Shown here: positions 8,515 through 16,756 of the stretch, piece after piece
How positions within the stretch are numbered: the stretch's first letter is position 1
Layout of the letters: every line of letters starts with the position of its first letter
Translations under genes and position numbers: made by a program
Assembly: GCA_003599625.1 (NCBI GenBank)
Contig: QZIU01000026.1
Location: forward strand, 1 to 24,382
DNA length: 24,382 nucleotides
Direction: 5' to 3'
Origin: Candidatus Parcubacteria bacterium
GTDB taxonomy: Bacteria > Patescibacteriota > Minisyncoccia > UBA9983
Notes under the pieces: model-generated
Told to the model about the DNA's origin: nothing
Seen by the model: the letters and a program-made list of their open reading frames with translations, nothing else
Database searches by the model: none

Positions 8515-10977
8515 CTACAAACAGGTCATTGACGCTATGCTGTCATCCGGCTTCAGCTTCATGATTCTCACTCCCTGGGTCTGCCTGCCAAGAGCCGGGA
8601 TTTCCGTCAAGGAAGTCCTGATCACCTGCCCTTTCATCGAAATGGCGATCAATTCTTCTTCCTCCTGTCCTATTATCTTGGCAACCATCAATGGGCCGGT
8701 CTTATCCGTAACCTTGAAGGTCTTGATACCCGAACCACCCCTCTTTTGCAGACGATAATTCTTCACGCTTGTTTTTTTGCCGTATCCTTTGCTGCCCATC
8801 GTCAGGAAAAATTGATCTTTGCCGCCGGCTTTGACCACATCCGCGCCAACCACTTCGTCTCCTCCGTCCAGCCTTATGCCGCGCACTCCGGCTGCCGCCC
8901 GTCCCATTGCCCGAGCGTCCGTCTCTTTGAACATTATAGACTGTCCTTCCTTGGTTGCCAAAATCACCATATCGCCTTTCGATACCAGTCTTACGAACTT
9001 AAGCTCGTCATCTTTGTCCAATCTTATCGCCACGATCCCGTTTCGCCTCACATCTTTGAAGCTGGGAGCCTCCACTTTCTTCACTACGCCTTGTTTTGTG
9101 ACCATTATAAGGCAATTCTCCGACTCCTTGAGGGATTTGGGGAACACCAGGGCGGAAGTGACCTTTTCTTCCCCGGAAAGAGAGAGAAAATTCATTATCG
9201 ATTTCCCTTTTGTGGCTCTTTTGCCCTCAGGCAGATCGAACATCTTTATTTGATACGCTTTTCCTTTGTCGCTGAAGAATAAAATATCGTCGTGCGTGTT
9301 GGCAGTAAGAAATATATTTACGAAATCTTCCTCCTTAGTCTCTATGTCTATCACTCCGGTGCCGCCCCGCTTCTGAGCGCGATAAGCCTCCGGGTCGGTG
9401 CGTTTCACATATCCTCCCTGAGTAAGCACCATGACCTGATCTTTAGACTCGACAAGATCTTCTTCGGAAAGCGCCTTCACCGCCCTTGCCATGACCTTCG
9501 TCCTCCTGTCATCGCCATACTTTTCCTTTATTATATTCAGCTCGTCTTTTATGACTTTCAGGATCTTTTTGGGGTCGGCCAGCAAAGCTCTCAATTCTTT
9601 TATAAGTTTTTCTTTTTCCTTCAATTCATCTTCGATCTTTTGTCTTTCCAAGCTGGCCAGGGATTGCAATTTCATTTCCAAAATAGCTACGGCCTGCTTG
9701 TCGGAGAATTTGAATTTGGCCATCAATTGCTTATGGGCGTCATCGCGGTCATTGGAAGCGCGGATGGTTTTGATGATGGCATCGATATGATCAAGAGCTT
9801 TCTTCAAACCTTCCAATATATGAGCCCGGTCGAGAGCCCGATTCAAATCGAACTGCGTTCTTCTTCTCACCACCACCTCCCGATGGGAAATGAAGTATTG
9901 AATTATCTCCTTCAAACGCAAAACTTGCGGCTGAATGCCATCCACCAAAGCGATCATGTTGAAATGGAAAGTCTTCTCCAGGTCGGTGAACTTGAACAGG
10001 TTGTTCAAAACATTCTGGGGATTGATGCCGGTTTTGAGATCAATGGCGATCCGGACTTTCTCCTCCCTGTCGGACTCGTCTCTGATATCTCTTATCCCCT
10101 CGATCTTTTTTTCCCGGACGAGGTCGGCCATCTTCACGATCATCTCCGCTTTGTTCACTTGATAAGGAATGGAAGAAATTATGATTTGGTAGCCGTTTCT
10201 GGCCGACTCGACGATCTCCGCCTCGCCGCGCATCACCACGCCGCCTCTTCCGGTGGCGTAAGCCTGCTGGATGTCTTTGACGTTGTAGATCACTCCGCCG
10301 GTGGGAAAATCAGGACCTTTGACGAATTGCATCAGATCTTCCAGGGTGGCATCCGGGCTTTCGATCAAATGATTAGCGGCGTCGATCACTTCCCTGAGGT
10401 TGTGAGGAGCGATGCTGGTTGCCATGCCGACGGCGATACCGAATGATCCGTTTATAAGAAGCTGCGGGACGGCAGCGGGAAGAACCACCGGCTCCATCAA
10501 CCGGTTGTCGTAGTTGGGTTTGAAGTCCACCGTCTCCTTATTTATATCCACAAGCATCTGCTCGGCTATGGAAGTCATCCTGGCCTCGGTATACCTCATG
10601 GCCGCCGGGGGATCGCCGTCGATGGAACCCCAGTTACCCTGACCGTCCACGAGCGGATACCTCATGGCGAAGTCCTGGGCCATTCTGGCCATGGTGTCGT
10701 AGACCGGCACATCTCCGTGAGGATGATATTTACCGAGCGTGTCTCCCACTATCGCCGCAGACTTCAAGAACTTTGCCCCGTGAGTGAGGCCCGCCTGATG
10801 CATGGTGTAAAGCACCTTTCTGTGCACCGGCTTAAGCCCGTCCCGCACGTCCGGCAAGGCTCTTGCCACGATAACGGACATCGCGTAATCGATATAAGAT
10901 TCGCGCATCTCCTGCGAAATATCCCTGACTATTATTTTGTTTTCCTTTTCATTGGCCATATTATTCTCCTGTGTCAT
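8515..10977 (-). CDS. gyrA: DNA gyrase subunit A
   Basis: [30 protein letters not shown]...[12 protein letters not shown]... plus the C-terminal beta-pinwheel repeats. The true start is probably the internal Met of MANEKENK at about 10959. No gyrB is adjacent. Confidence 0.95.
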   Translation of the reverse strand: MTQENNMANEKENKIIVRDISQEMRESYIDYAMSVIVARALPDVRDGLKPVHRKVLYTMHQAGLTHGAKFLKSAAIVGDTLGKYHPHGDVPVYDTMARMAQDFAMRYPLVDGQGNWGSIDGDPPAAMRYTEARMTSIAEQMLVDINKETVDFKPNYDNRLMEPVVLPAAVPQLLINGSFGIAVGMATSIAPHNLREVIDAANHLIESPDATLEDLMQFVKGPDFPTGGVIYNVKDIQQAYATGRGGVVMRGEAEIVESARNGYQIIISSIPYQVNKAEMIVKMADLVREKKIEGIRDIRDESDREEKVRIAIDLKTGINPQNVLNNLFKFTDLEKTFHFNMIALVDGIQPQVLRLKEIIQYFISHREVVVRRRTQFDLNRALDRAHILEGLKKALDHIDAIIKTIRASNDRDDAHKQLMAKFKFSDKQAVAILEMKLQSLASLERQKIEDELKEKEKLIKELRALLADPKKILKVIKDELNIIKEKYGDDRRTKVMARAVKALSEEDLVESKDQVMVLTQGGYVKRTDPEAYRAQKRGGTGVIDIETKEEDFVNIFLTANTHDDILFFSDKGKAYQIKMFDLPEGKRATKGKSIMNFLSLSGEEKVTSALVFPKSLKESENCLIMVTKQGVVKKVEAPSFKDVRRNGIVAIRLDKDDELKFVRLVSKGDMVILATKEGQSIMFKETDARAMGRAAAGVRGIRLDGGDEVVGADVVKAGGKDQFFLTMGSKGYGKKTSVKNYRLQKRGGSGIKTFKVTDKTGPLMVAKIIGQEEEELIAISMKGQVIRTSLTEIPALGRQTQGVRIMKLKPDDSIASMTCL

Positions 10978-11296
10978 TATATTCTACCACATTTTGCTGC
11001 CCTGTTTCTTGATTTATTGATCCTTCCTTTATTTCCCCGATCTCTTTTATTTTTCCAAAAGAATCCTTAATGCCGCTTACGGCAACATCCACGCTGCCCG
11101 TCACTATGCCAAAGAATGTCGATATCGGGGAGGCTACCTGGCTCTCCTCTTCCGAACTGCCCAAACTTATTTTTAAAGTGGACACCCAGACAGTGACGAC
11201 CAAGAACATTATGACAAAAAGACTGGCAAAAAGGACCCTTCTTTTGATATGTTCCGGTTTCTTCTGCAAATTTTCTATTTTATCGATTAAGGACAT
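10961..11296 (-). CDS. Hypothetical small single-TM protein upstream of gyrA
   Basis: The ATG at 11296 is preferred over the ORF-track TTG at 11311. The TM segment is [21 protein letters not shown]. No family recognised. The 5' end lies in repeat copy B. Confidence 0.4.
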   Translation of the reverse strand: MSLIDKIENLQKKPEHIKRRVLFASLFVIMFLVVTVWVSTLKISLGSSEEESQVASPISTFFGIVTGSVDVAVSGIKDSFGKIKEIGEIKEGSINQETGQQNVVEYNDTGE

Positions 11297-11302
11297 AATT
11301 AA

Positions 11303-11423
11303 AATTTTCAATTTTCAATAACCAATTTTCAATTCGTCGAGGCAGATCTAACTATTAAATTTTCATTTGAAAATTGTAACATTGAAAATTCATTGCAAAA
11401 TTGAAAATTGTAAATTGAAAATT
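11303..11423. repeat. Copy B of the ~120-bp AT-rich repeat element, in the same orientation as copy A
   Basis: Terminal blocks identical to copy A; see 8386-8510. Confidence 0.7.
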
Positions 11424-11425
11424 AT

Positions 11426-12061
11426 TTAATTGCTTCTTAATACCACTATCTCTCCTTTCTTTTCCGCCAAATCCTTCCTCTTGATAGTAAGTTTGTCCGA
11501 CGGAACAACTTCCCCGCTGCCGAATTCTTTGATAAACTGCCTCAACTGCGCTTCCTCGTAATGCATCGGAATAACCACTTTCGCCTCAAGGTGGGCGGCG
11601 ACACTCGCCGCTTTCTGCGGATCCATGAGATCGCCCCCGCCTATCGGCGCGAATAAAATATCCACTTCGCCTATGTCTTCTTTGATCTTAGGATCGAATT
11701 CTGTGCTCATCGCCCCCAAATGACAAATGGAAATGTCTTCCACAGTCAAGCTATAGATAGTATTATTGAGACCGTTGCTTCCCGTCCCTTTTATATAAAT
11801 CCCGCCAACCTCGTATTCGCCCTTACCATCGGCGAGAAAAGGTTTGCCTCCATCGGATTTGCCGGGAATATTTTCACCCCCATTGTAATCCTTATTATTG
11901 GAACTGACCAAAACAATATCCGCCGCGAATCGCGGGGACTTGAAATTGGATTCTTTTGACGGCGGATTAAAGGCGATGACTGTCTCGCCAGATTGAACTT
12001 TGAAACAAGATGCTCCGTAATAAGTGATCACCATATAGAATAGATGTTTATATAATACCAA
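11426..12061 (-). CDS. MBL-fold (UPF0173-like) protein with a degenerate metal-binding motif; probably a non-catalytic homolog
   Basis: MVITYYGASCFKVQSGETVIAFNP and ...VVIPMHYEE match the MBL-fold hydrolase family. DIVLVSSNNKDYNG replaces the HxHxDH motif, and HLGAM replaces HAGD. The likely start is the second Met, at 12034. Confidence 0.6.
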   Translation of the reverse strand: MVLYKHLFYMVITYYGASCFKVQSGETVIAFNPPSKESNFKSPRFAADIVLVSSNNKDYNGGENIPGKSDGGKPFLADGKGEYEVGGIYIKGTGSNGLNNTIYSLTVEDISICHLGAMSTEFDPKIKEDIGEVDILFAPIGGGDLMDPQKAASVAAHLEAKVVIPMHYEEAQLRQFIKEFGSGEVVPSDKLTIKRKDLAEKKGEIVVLRSN

Positions 12062-12161
12062 AAAGAAACTTTTCTTGCAAAAAAATAATTTTTCAATATA
12101 CTATTGGATTATGATAGCAACACAAAAAGAAAAACAAACAACGACCGGAAAACAAGGAGTA

Positions 12162-13211
12162 ATGGACTTCCTGATGAAGACCGTCCCTACCCCCTTGCCT
12201 AAACTGGATGACCTCGTGGATGGCACGGTCATCGGGCACGAAAATTCGACTCTTTTTGTGGATCTCTCGCCCATTGGAACGGGCATAATTTACGGAAGAG
12301 AATACAACAGGGCCAAAGACATCGTCAAAAACTTGCAGCCGGGAGACAAGATCACCGTCAAAATAGCCGAGCTGGAAAACGAGCGCGGCTACATTTCCCT
12401 TTCTCTCCGCGAAGCCAAGCAAAAATTGATCTGGCGGGAAGCGGAAGAATTGCAAAAGAACAAAACGGCGCTCACTCTTCCCGTAGTGGAAGCCAACAAA
12501 GGCGGCCTTGTGATAGACTGGAACGGCATTCAAGGCTTTCTGCCCACTTCTCAGCTAAGAGCCAATCATTACCCCAGAGTGCAGGACGGCAACAAAGACA
12601 AAATAGAAACCGAACTTAAAAAACTGGTTGGGGAAAAATTGAAAGTTACGATCATCACCAGCGATCAGAAAGAAAACAAACTTATTTTCTCGGAAAAAAA
12701 CAGCGACATCGAAGAGATCAAGGAGGTTGTCGCGAAATACAAGATCGGGGATATCGTCGAAGGGGAGATCACCGGCATTGTCGATTTCGGCGTTTTCATC
12801 AAAATTGCCGACAATCTCGAAGGACTGGCCCACATTTCCGAACTGGATTGGTCCCTCATAGACAAACCTTCCAGCCGCTTTAAAGTCGGGGAAAAAGTAA
12901 AAGCTCAAATAATCAGCATCGCCGACGGCAAGATCTCTCTTTCCCTCAAAGCTCTCAAACCGGATCCGTGGAGCGAAATCAAGGACAAGTATAACAAGGG
13001 CGACATTGTGAAAGGCGTTGTCATCAAATTCAACAAACATGGCGCTTTAGCCAGCATCGAAGAAGGCGTGGCCGGTTTGGTGCACATCTCAGGCTTCAAA
13101 TCGGAAACCGAAATGAAACAAAAACTCGATCTCGGCAAATCGTACAACTTCCAAATCACGACTTACGAACCGAAGGAACATAAACTGACTTTGGTTTACT
13201 TGGAGGGCTAG
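12162..13211 (+). CDS. rpsA: 30S ribosomal protein S1 (short form with four S1 domains)
   Basis: Repeated S1-domain blocks such as GDIVEGEITGIVDFGVFIKIADNLEGLAHISEL and GDIVKGVVIKFNKHGALASIEEGVAGLVHIS. The start is chosen at ATG 12162, preceded by AAGGAG. The upstream promoter is TTGCAA-16-TATACT. Confidence 0.8.
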   Translation: MDFLMKTVPTPLPKLDDLVDGTVIGHENSTLFVDLSPIGTGIIYGREYNRAKDIVKNLQPGDKITVKIAELENERGYISLSLREAKQKLIWREAEELQKNKTALTLPVVEANKGGLVIDWNGIQGFLPTSQLRANHYPRVQDGNKDKIETELKKLVGEKLKVTIITSDQKENKLIFSEKNSDIEEIKEVVAKYKIGDIVEGEITGIVDFGVFIKIADNLEGLAHISELDWSLIDKPSSRFKVGEKVKAQIISIADGKISLSLKALKPDPWSEIKDKYNKGDIVKGVVIKFNKHGALASIEEGVAGLVHISGFKSETEMKQKLDLGKSYNFQITTYEPKEHKLTLVYLEG

Positions 13212-13319
13212 GTACTTTGAATCTTCTCTTTGAAGTAATTTTAAATTTTGAAAAAATGTTTGAATTTTCGAAATTCGAATTTGATTCAAAATTTAAATTA
13301 GAAATTCAAAATCCAGCTC

Positions 13320-13913
13320 TTAGCTGCTGTTATACTCACCCATCGCTTTTCCTAAACCTTCCTTTATGATCACATCGATGGCTTCCGCCGCCTTTTTGGC
13401 GGATTTTTTAATGACAGCGAGTTCGGCGGGCTTGAATTTGCCGACTATATAGTCCAAGAATTTATCGCCGGAAGGTTTCTTGACGCGACCTTTCGCGTCC
13501 GTTACGGAGATGCCGATTCTGACACGGATGAAATTAACGGTCTTAACCGCCTTGATCACCGATTCCACTCCTTTATGCCCTGCTGAATTTTTAGCGAAAG
13601 AAATTTTTATTTTCCCCAATGGCAGATCAATGTCATCGTGGACAACGATCATCTTTTCCAATTTTTTCGGAGATGATCTGGCCAATGTCTTCAAAGCCAA
13701 ACCGGACTTGTTCATAAAAGTTTCCGGCAATATCACCTGGACTTTTTCTTTGCCAATCTCCCCTTTTGAGGCCAATCCGCTGAATTTCTTATCCAATTCC
13801 GGATCGTCCATTTTTTCCTTTTTCAGAAACTCCAAAACGGCCATTCTTCCCGCGTTATGCCGGGTAAGCTCGTACTCCTCTCCCGGATTTCCCAGACCGA
13901 TGATGTAATACAT
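13320..13913 (-). CDS. pth: Peptidyl-tRNA hydrolase
   Basis: MYYIIGLGNPGEEYELTRHNAGRMAV...KMIVVHDDIDLPLGKIKI...GHKGVESV, the canonical Pth motifs. Confidence 0.9.
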   Translation of the reverse strand: MYYIIGLGNPGEEYELTRHNAGRMAVLEFLKKEKMDDPELDKKFSGLASKGEIGKEKVQVILPETFMNKSGLALKTLARSSPKKLEKMIVVHDDIDLPLGKIKISFAKNSAGHKGVESVIKAVKTVNFIRVRIGISVTDAKGRVKKPSGDKFLDYIVGKFKPAELAVIKKSAKKAAEAIDVIIKEGLGKAMGEYNSS

Positions 13914-13957
13914 GGCTCAATTATAGCACAAAAGCATTCAATCAAAAAACCTGGTAC

Positions 13958-13987
13958 TTGACACCTAATTAAATTTTAAAGTATTAT
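13958..13987 (+). promoter_or_regulatory. Consensus-like sigma70 promoter (TTGACA-18-TATTAT) with no downstream ORF
   Basis: TTGACA at 13958-13963 and TATTAT at 13982-13987. Confidence 0.4.
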
Positions 13988-13994
13988 CTATATA

Positions 13995-14140
13995 GAAGCA
14001 TGCAATAATAACTTTCGAGATGCTTCGGTGTTCCCTTAGAGTATCTAAGATATAGTTGTTTAACTATAAAGCCGAAGACTGGAGTCGCCATCTTGAGAGA
14101 CGCTGCTTCAATCTAAAAAGCCCCCAATAGGGGGCTTTTT
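13995..14140 (+). ncRNA. Candidate small RNA of about 145 nt, bracketed by a promoter and an intrinsic terminator. It is antisense to the pth upstream region. Class unknown.
   Basis: No ORF. Several internal hairpins: gaagcat/atgcttc at 13995-14026, cttaga/tctaag at 14034-14048, tatagtt/aactata at 14051-14068. It ends at the hairpin gcccccaatagggggc plus TTTTT (14120-14140). Confidence 0.3.
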
Positions 14141-14141
14141 A
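14116..14141. terminator. Bidirectional intrinsic terminator (aaaaagcccccaatagggggcttttt)
   Basis: 6-bp G/C stem flanked by an A-run and a T-run. Confidence 0.8.
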
Positions 14142-14146
14142 GATTT

Positions 14147-14502
14147 TTACTTTTCTTCAAAAAATTCAATTCCTGAATCAAGCAAATTGTTTTTAAGTAT
14201 CTTATAACACTCGTTTCCGATGGGTCCTTTTTCAAGGTAACGGGCTAATGCCCCGGATATCCAATCGGCTATTTGTATGTTTGCGTTTGCTGCCGAATCT
14301 ATCATTTCCACGCGGATAATTGTTTCAGGAGAACATTTTGGCAATAATCGCCCTCGGACAGCCTGCTCAAATTCTTTCTTTGTAACACCCTTTAAAGATC
14401 TCTTGTCGCAAAATATAGAGACGTTTTTTTCGGTTGCTGGAAGATATTTTTCTCATGATTGTGTTTTGTAAATTGACCGCTCTCGTCCAAGAAAATATGC
14501 AT
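14147..14502 (-). pseudogene. Frameshifted small ORF with a DUF3800-like N-terminus (MHIFLDESGQF...). It is split at a poly-A7 homopolymer (14424-14430 on the + strand).
   Basis: Frame 1 (14392-14502) gives MHIFLDESGQFTKHNHEKNIFQQPKKTSLYFATRDL*. One extra A in the homopolymer would fuse it to the 65-aa ORF 14147-14344 (...IQIADWISGALARYLEKG...). Confidence 0.4.
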
Positions 14503-14594
14503 AGAAACTTTTAGTAAAAATGATAAATTCTTTCATTTAATTAGGGCATTAAACTAATTCTTACTATACCACAAAATTCTCCTTCGCATAAGCT

Positions 14595-15881
14595 TTGAAT
14601 AAAAATTTGCCGGATGATAAAATTGAACCGATGAAAAATCTAAAAAAATTCGATCCGGAAATTTATAAAGCGATAAAGGGCGAGCTTGCCCGCCAAAAAG
14701 ACGGCATAGAACTCATCGCTTCGGAAAATTATGTGTCTGAAGCCGTACTGGAAGCGCTCGGGACCGTCTTTACCAACAAATATTCCGAGGGATACCCCGG
14801 CAGACGATATTACGCCGGGCAGGAATTCACCGACAAAGTTGAAAACCTTGCCATCGAACGGGCAAAAAAACTATTCGGAGCGGAACATGTCAATGTCCAG
14901 CCTCTTTCCGGCGCGCCAGCCAACAATATCGTTTACAGCGCCATTCTAAAGCCCGACGACAAGATCCTGGGGATGAACCTTTCCCACGGCGGCCATCTCA
15001 CCCACGGACACCCGTCCACTCTTTCGGCTAAAATTTACAATTTCGTCAGCTACAAAACCGAGCCGAACGGCGAGATAGATTATGGCAAATTGGAAGAAGT
15101 CGCGACCGCGGAAAAACCGAAACTGGTCTTGGCCGGTTTTTCCGCCTACACCAAACAACTTGATTACAAAAAATTCCAGGAAATTGCCAACAAGATCGGC
15201 GCTATCTCCATGATAGACATTTCTCATATCGCGGGACTTATCGCGGGCAAAGCCATTCCCAATCCTGTTCTCTATTTCGATATAGTTACGACGACAACCC
15301 ACAAAACTTTGCGCGGCCCGAGAGGAGGAATGATAATGTGCCGCAAGGAATTTGCCTCCGCGATAGACAAAGCTTTGTTTCCCGGATTCCAAGGCGGACC
15401 GCATATGAACAATATCGCTGCCAAAGCAGTTGCCTTCAAAGAAGCGCTTCAACCGACTTTCAGAACTTACGCCAAGCAAGTCATCAAGAACGCCAAAGCT
15501 CTGGAAAAAGAATTGCAAAAACTGGGCTTTAAAACTATTTTCAGCGGCACGGAAAACCATATCGTCCTTGCGGACGTATTTTCCAGCAAAGGCATCAGCG
15601 GCAAAGAAGCGGAAAAGGTTTTGGACGAGGCTGGCATAACCTTGAATAAGAATGTCATCCCCGATGATACCCGAGGCCCAATGGATCCAAGCGGCATAAG
15701 GCTCGGCCCGCCCGCGGTTACAACCAGAGGCATGAAGGAAAAAGAAATGAAGCTTGTCGCCAACTGGATATGCGAAGCAATCGAGAACCGCAATGATAAA
15801 AAAGTTTTGTCGCGAATCAGAGAAGAAACGCTGGCCCTCTGCAAAAAATTCCCCTTGTATAAAAACTTGAAGTTGAAATAG
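14595..15881 (+). CDS. glyA: Serine hydroxymethyltransferase
   Basis: LIASENYVSEAVLEALGTVFTNKYSEGYPGRRYYAG...THKTLRGPRGGMI. The start is ambiguous: TTG at 14595 or ATG at 14631. Confidence 0.95.
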   Translation: MNKNLPDDKIEPMKNLKKFDPEIYKAIKGELARQKDGIELIASENYVSEAVLEALGTVFTNKYSEGYPGRRYYAGQEFTDKVENLAIERAKKLFGAEHVNVQPLSGAPANNIVYSAILKPDDKILGMNLSHGGHLTHGHPSTLSAKIYNFVSYKTEPNGEIDYGKLEEVATAEKPKLVLAGFSAYTKQLDYKKFQEIANKIGAISMIDISHIAGLIAGKAIPNPVLYFDIVTTTTHKTLRGPRGGMIMCRKEFASAIDKALFPGFQGGPHMNNIAAKAVAFKEALQPTFRTYAKQVIKNAKALEKELQKLGFKTIFSGTENHIVLADVFSSKGISGKEAEKVLDEAGITLNKNVIPDDTRGPMDPSGIRLGPPAVTTRGMKEKEMKLVANWICEAIENRNDKKVLSRIREETLALCKKFPLYKNLKLK

Positions 15882-15887
15882 CATGCG

Positions 15888-15969
15888 AAAAAATCAGAAA
15901 AACTTGATTTCCGAAAACTTTCCCTTGCCGTTTGGCTCTTGCAGGAAATCAAGTTTTTTCTGATTTTTT
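15888..15969. terminator. Long near-perfect inverted repeat (25-bp arms, 31-nt loop) followed by a T-run, downstream of glyA
   Basis: aaaaaatcagaaaaacttgatttcc (15888-15912) pairs with ggaaatcaagttttttctgatttttt (15944-15969). Confidence 0.6.
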
Positions 15970-16047
15970 CATTGACAATAGGCCAAAAAAGAAACAAACT
16001 GATACCAGTTTATTTTATTTTTGGTCTTTAAAAACAGAAGGGAAATA

Positions 16048-16743
16048 ATGAAAAAGGAAATGATGAAAAAGCGAAAATTCGTCGCAATAACGGGCACGGA
16101 TGGAAGTGGCAAGGCCACGCAGCTAAAGCTTCTTTCTTCTCATTTGAAAAGAAAAGGATATAGAGTTTCCACCATTGATTTTCCGGGCTATCAAAGGAAT
16201 TTTTTCGGCAAAGTTGTCGGAAAATATCTCCGGGGCGAATTCGGAAAAGCTTCGGAGGTCAGTCCTTATCTGGCTTCCATGCTTTACGCGGCGGACAGAT
16301 TCGAGGACGCGAAACGGATAAGAAGATGGCTGAGCGAAGGCAGGATCGTTATCGCCGACCGATACGCCAGCGATAATCAGATTCATCAGGGCGGCAAAAT
16401 AATGAATGCCGCCAAAAGAAAAGAATTTCTGGATTGGCTGGAAGAAATGGAATTCAAGATTTTCAAAATCCCCAGGCCGGACGCGATAGTATATCTAGAC
16501 GTGCCGCTGGAAATTACTCAAAAATTGCTGGCTGAAAAATCGTCGCAAGACAAAAAAGATTATCTTGCCGGCAAAAAGGATATTCACGAGAGCGACTCGG
16601 AACATTTGATAAACGCCAAAGCAAACGCCATAGAACTGGTCAAGAAAACTAACAAATGGATTCGCATAAATTGCGCGCCTGACGGAGAAATATTGCTTAA
16701 AGAAGAAATAACAAATCTTATTTTAAAAGCTTTAAAATTTTAG
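16048..16743 (+). CDS. tmk: Thymidylate (dTMP) kinase
   Basis: P-loop FVAITGTDGSGKATQ, DRY motif IVIADRYASD. The ATG at 16048 is preceded by gaaggga. Confidence 0.85.
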   Translation: MKKEMMKKRKFVAITGTDGSGKATQLKLLSSHLKRKGYRVSTIDFPGYQRNFFGKVVGKYLRGEFGKASEVSPYLASMLYAADRFEDAKRIRRWLSEGRIVIADRYASDNQIHQGGKIMNAAKRKEFLDWLEEMEFKIFKIPRPDAIVYLDVPLEITQKLLAEKSSQDKKDYLAGKKDIHESDSEHLINAKANAIELVKKTNKWIRINCAPDGEILLKEEITNLILKALKF

Positions 16744-16756
16744 AAAGGAGAAAGCA

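Noticed and set aside
9292-10446. 384-aa + strand ORF
   Set aside because: It is entirely antisense to gyrA, its translation is low-complexity with no recognisable motifs, and gyrA is clearly the real gene.
12555-13159. Minus-strand ORFs of 161, 66 and 84 aa inside rpsA
   Set aside because: They are antisense to the S1-domain repeats and are shadow ORFs.
13914-13925. TGcTATAAT directly abutting the pth ATG on the minus strand, as a possible leaderless pth
   Set aside because: The -10 ends only 3 nt before the ATG, too close for transcription to start at the start codon. It is probably a chance AT-rich match.
14075-14110. GAAGCAGCG on the minus strand, resembling the SRP RNA helix-8 motif GGAAGGAAGCAGC
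   Set aside because: The flanking CAGG and GGAAGG elements are absent, and the strand has no matching promoter or terminator arrangement, so I do not call it an SRP RNA.
14946-15997. Long minus-strand ORFs (312 aa and 176 aa) opposite glyA
   Set aside because: They are antisense to a confidently identified glyA, and their composition is Phe/Arg-rich nonsense typical of shadow ORFs.
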